From the NCBI GenBank assembly GCA_043821645.1, contig JBDRCO010000136.1:1-52216 (forward strand): a DNA stretch of 52,216 nt, written 5' to 3'. A model generated the notes under the pieces. The model had not been told where the DNA came from. It searched no databases and was given only the letters and a program-made list of their open reading frames with translations. The translations under genes and the position numbers were made by a program. Below, in pieces: positions 51,428-52,216 of this stretch. Within the stretch, counting starts at the first letter, position 1. Each line of letters starts with the position of its first letter. Source of the stretch: Pseudomonadota bacterium. GTDB taxonomy: Bacteria; Myxococcota; JACRCW01; JAFGSX01.

Positions 51428-51523
51428 AACCGCCCACCCCTTTTGCGAACCCACTGGATTCGACGAACGACGCGCGCCGTGGTCGAGAGCATGTGTCGAT
51501 GCATCGACATGGCCCCGCACCAG

Positions 51524-52216
51524 TCAGCGAGGAGGAGCGGGGACCTGCGTCGAGCGATCTGGAGGCGTGGCCGGAGCAGGTTGGAACGATGAGACCTTGA
51601 GTTCGTGACCGTTGCTGGTGGCCTCGATGAGGCCCTGTTGATCGGTGCGCCAGACCTGGCTGTGCGCCCGGGCCAGGCGGCTCAGCACCGCCGGGGCCGG
51701 GTGGCCAAAGCGATTGGCGTGACCCGCCGAGATCACGGTGTGCAGGGGCTGGATCACGTCGAGAAAGGCACTACTGGTCGAGTGCGCGCTGCCATGGTGG
51801 GCAGCCTTGAGCAGGTGGATCCGTTCCAGCACTCCTCGATCTCGAAGACTGTCCTCGACCAGCGTGCTCGCATCGCCGGTGAGCAGCGCGCGCACCTCGC
51901 CGTGACGCACCAGGACAACCAGGGAGTTGTCGTTGCGATCCAGCTCCGGCCAGTGGCGCAGCGACGACGAGGCGTCCACCAGCGGGTGCAGAACCTCGAG
52001 CTGGACGCCGTCGATCTCGACCTGGTGCTGGCTCAGATCGAAGCGGCGGCGGCGCGTCTGGCAGCGATCCAGGACCTGCATCAGCTCTTGCCAGCGCGGG
52101 TCCTGGTCGCCCTGGCCAGTCCACCAGAGCTCTGCCGGGCAGTGACCGGCGAGCGTGGTCGGGAGCCCGCTGTAGTGATCGAAGTCAGGGTGCGTCACCA
52201 CCAGCACGTCGAGCTG
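51524..52216 (-). CDS. comEC: ComEC/Rec2-type metallo-beta-lactamase domain, 5'-truncated by window edge
   Basis: THPDFDH, NDNSLV, LLTGD, HHGS, ISAG..NRFGHP and RTDQQG. Confidence 0.85.
   Translation of the reverse strand, partial: QLDVLVVTHPDFDHYSGLPTTLAGHCPAELWWTGQGDQDPRWQELMQVLDRCQTRRRRFDLSQHQVEIDGVQLEVLHPLVDASSSLRHWPELDRNDNSLVVLVRHGEVRALLTGDASTLVEDSLRDRGVLERIHLLKAAHHGSAHSTSSAFLDVIQPLHTVISAGHANRFGHPAPAVLSRLARAHSQVWRTDQQGLIEATSNGHELKVSSFQPAPATPPDRSTQVPAPPR

Noticed and set aside
51494-51509. Perfect 16-bp palindrome TGTCGATGCATCGACA between convergent genes
   Set aside because: Single copy with no U-tract. It may be a weak terminator or chance, and is not enough to call.

Overview
A high-GC, densely coding bacterial chromosomal segment. 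Its gene content points to Myxococcota or a related deltaproteobacterium: eukaryote-like Ser/Thr kinases, an MXAN_5187-type C-terminal domain and Asp/Ala-rich lipoproteins. About 41 CDSs are supportable. They are mostly housekeeping or envelope genes: glgP, fumC, a REC-GGDEF cyclase, prkA, acyl-CoA dehydrogenase, menA-like/polyprenyl synthase/GbsR-like, dapE-dapD-aminotransferase, a PBP, mscS, lgt and a partial comEC. I saw no rRNA, tRNA, CRISPR array, transposase or integrase. The strongest candidate for an undescribed system is the cobalamin-dependent radical SAM gene at 33192-35576. It is fused in frame to a Gly/Ala/Val-rich segment and eight (V/L)VDPxPxD(A/G/S)G repeats that show purifying selection, which suggests an enzyme carrying its own substrate (borosin-like logic with a B12-rSAM). 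Other points of interest are an in-frame amber stop in the lipoprotein gene just upstream, a bacterial PRMT-like fragment, and a giant membrane P-loop ATPase coupled to MscS. There are also tandem kinase paralogs, an atypical aminotransferase/M20 pair and a candidate GbsR-type operator in a quinone-prenylation locus. All calls come from motif reading by eye; no database searches were run.
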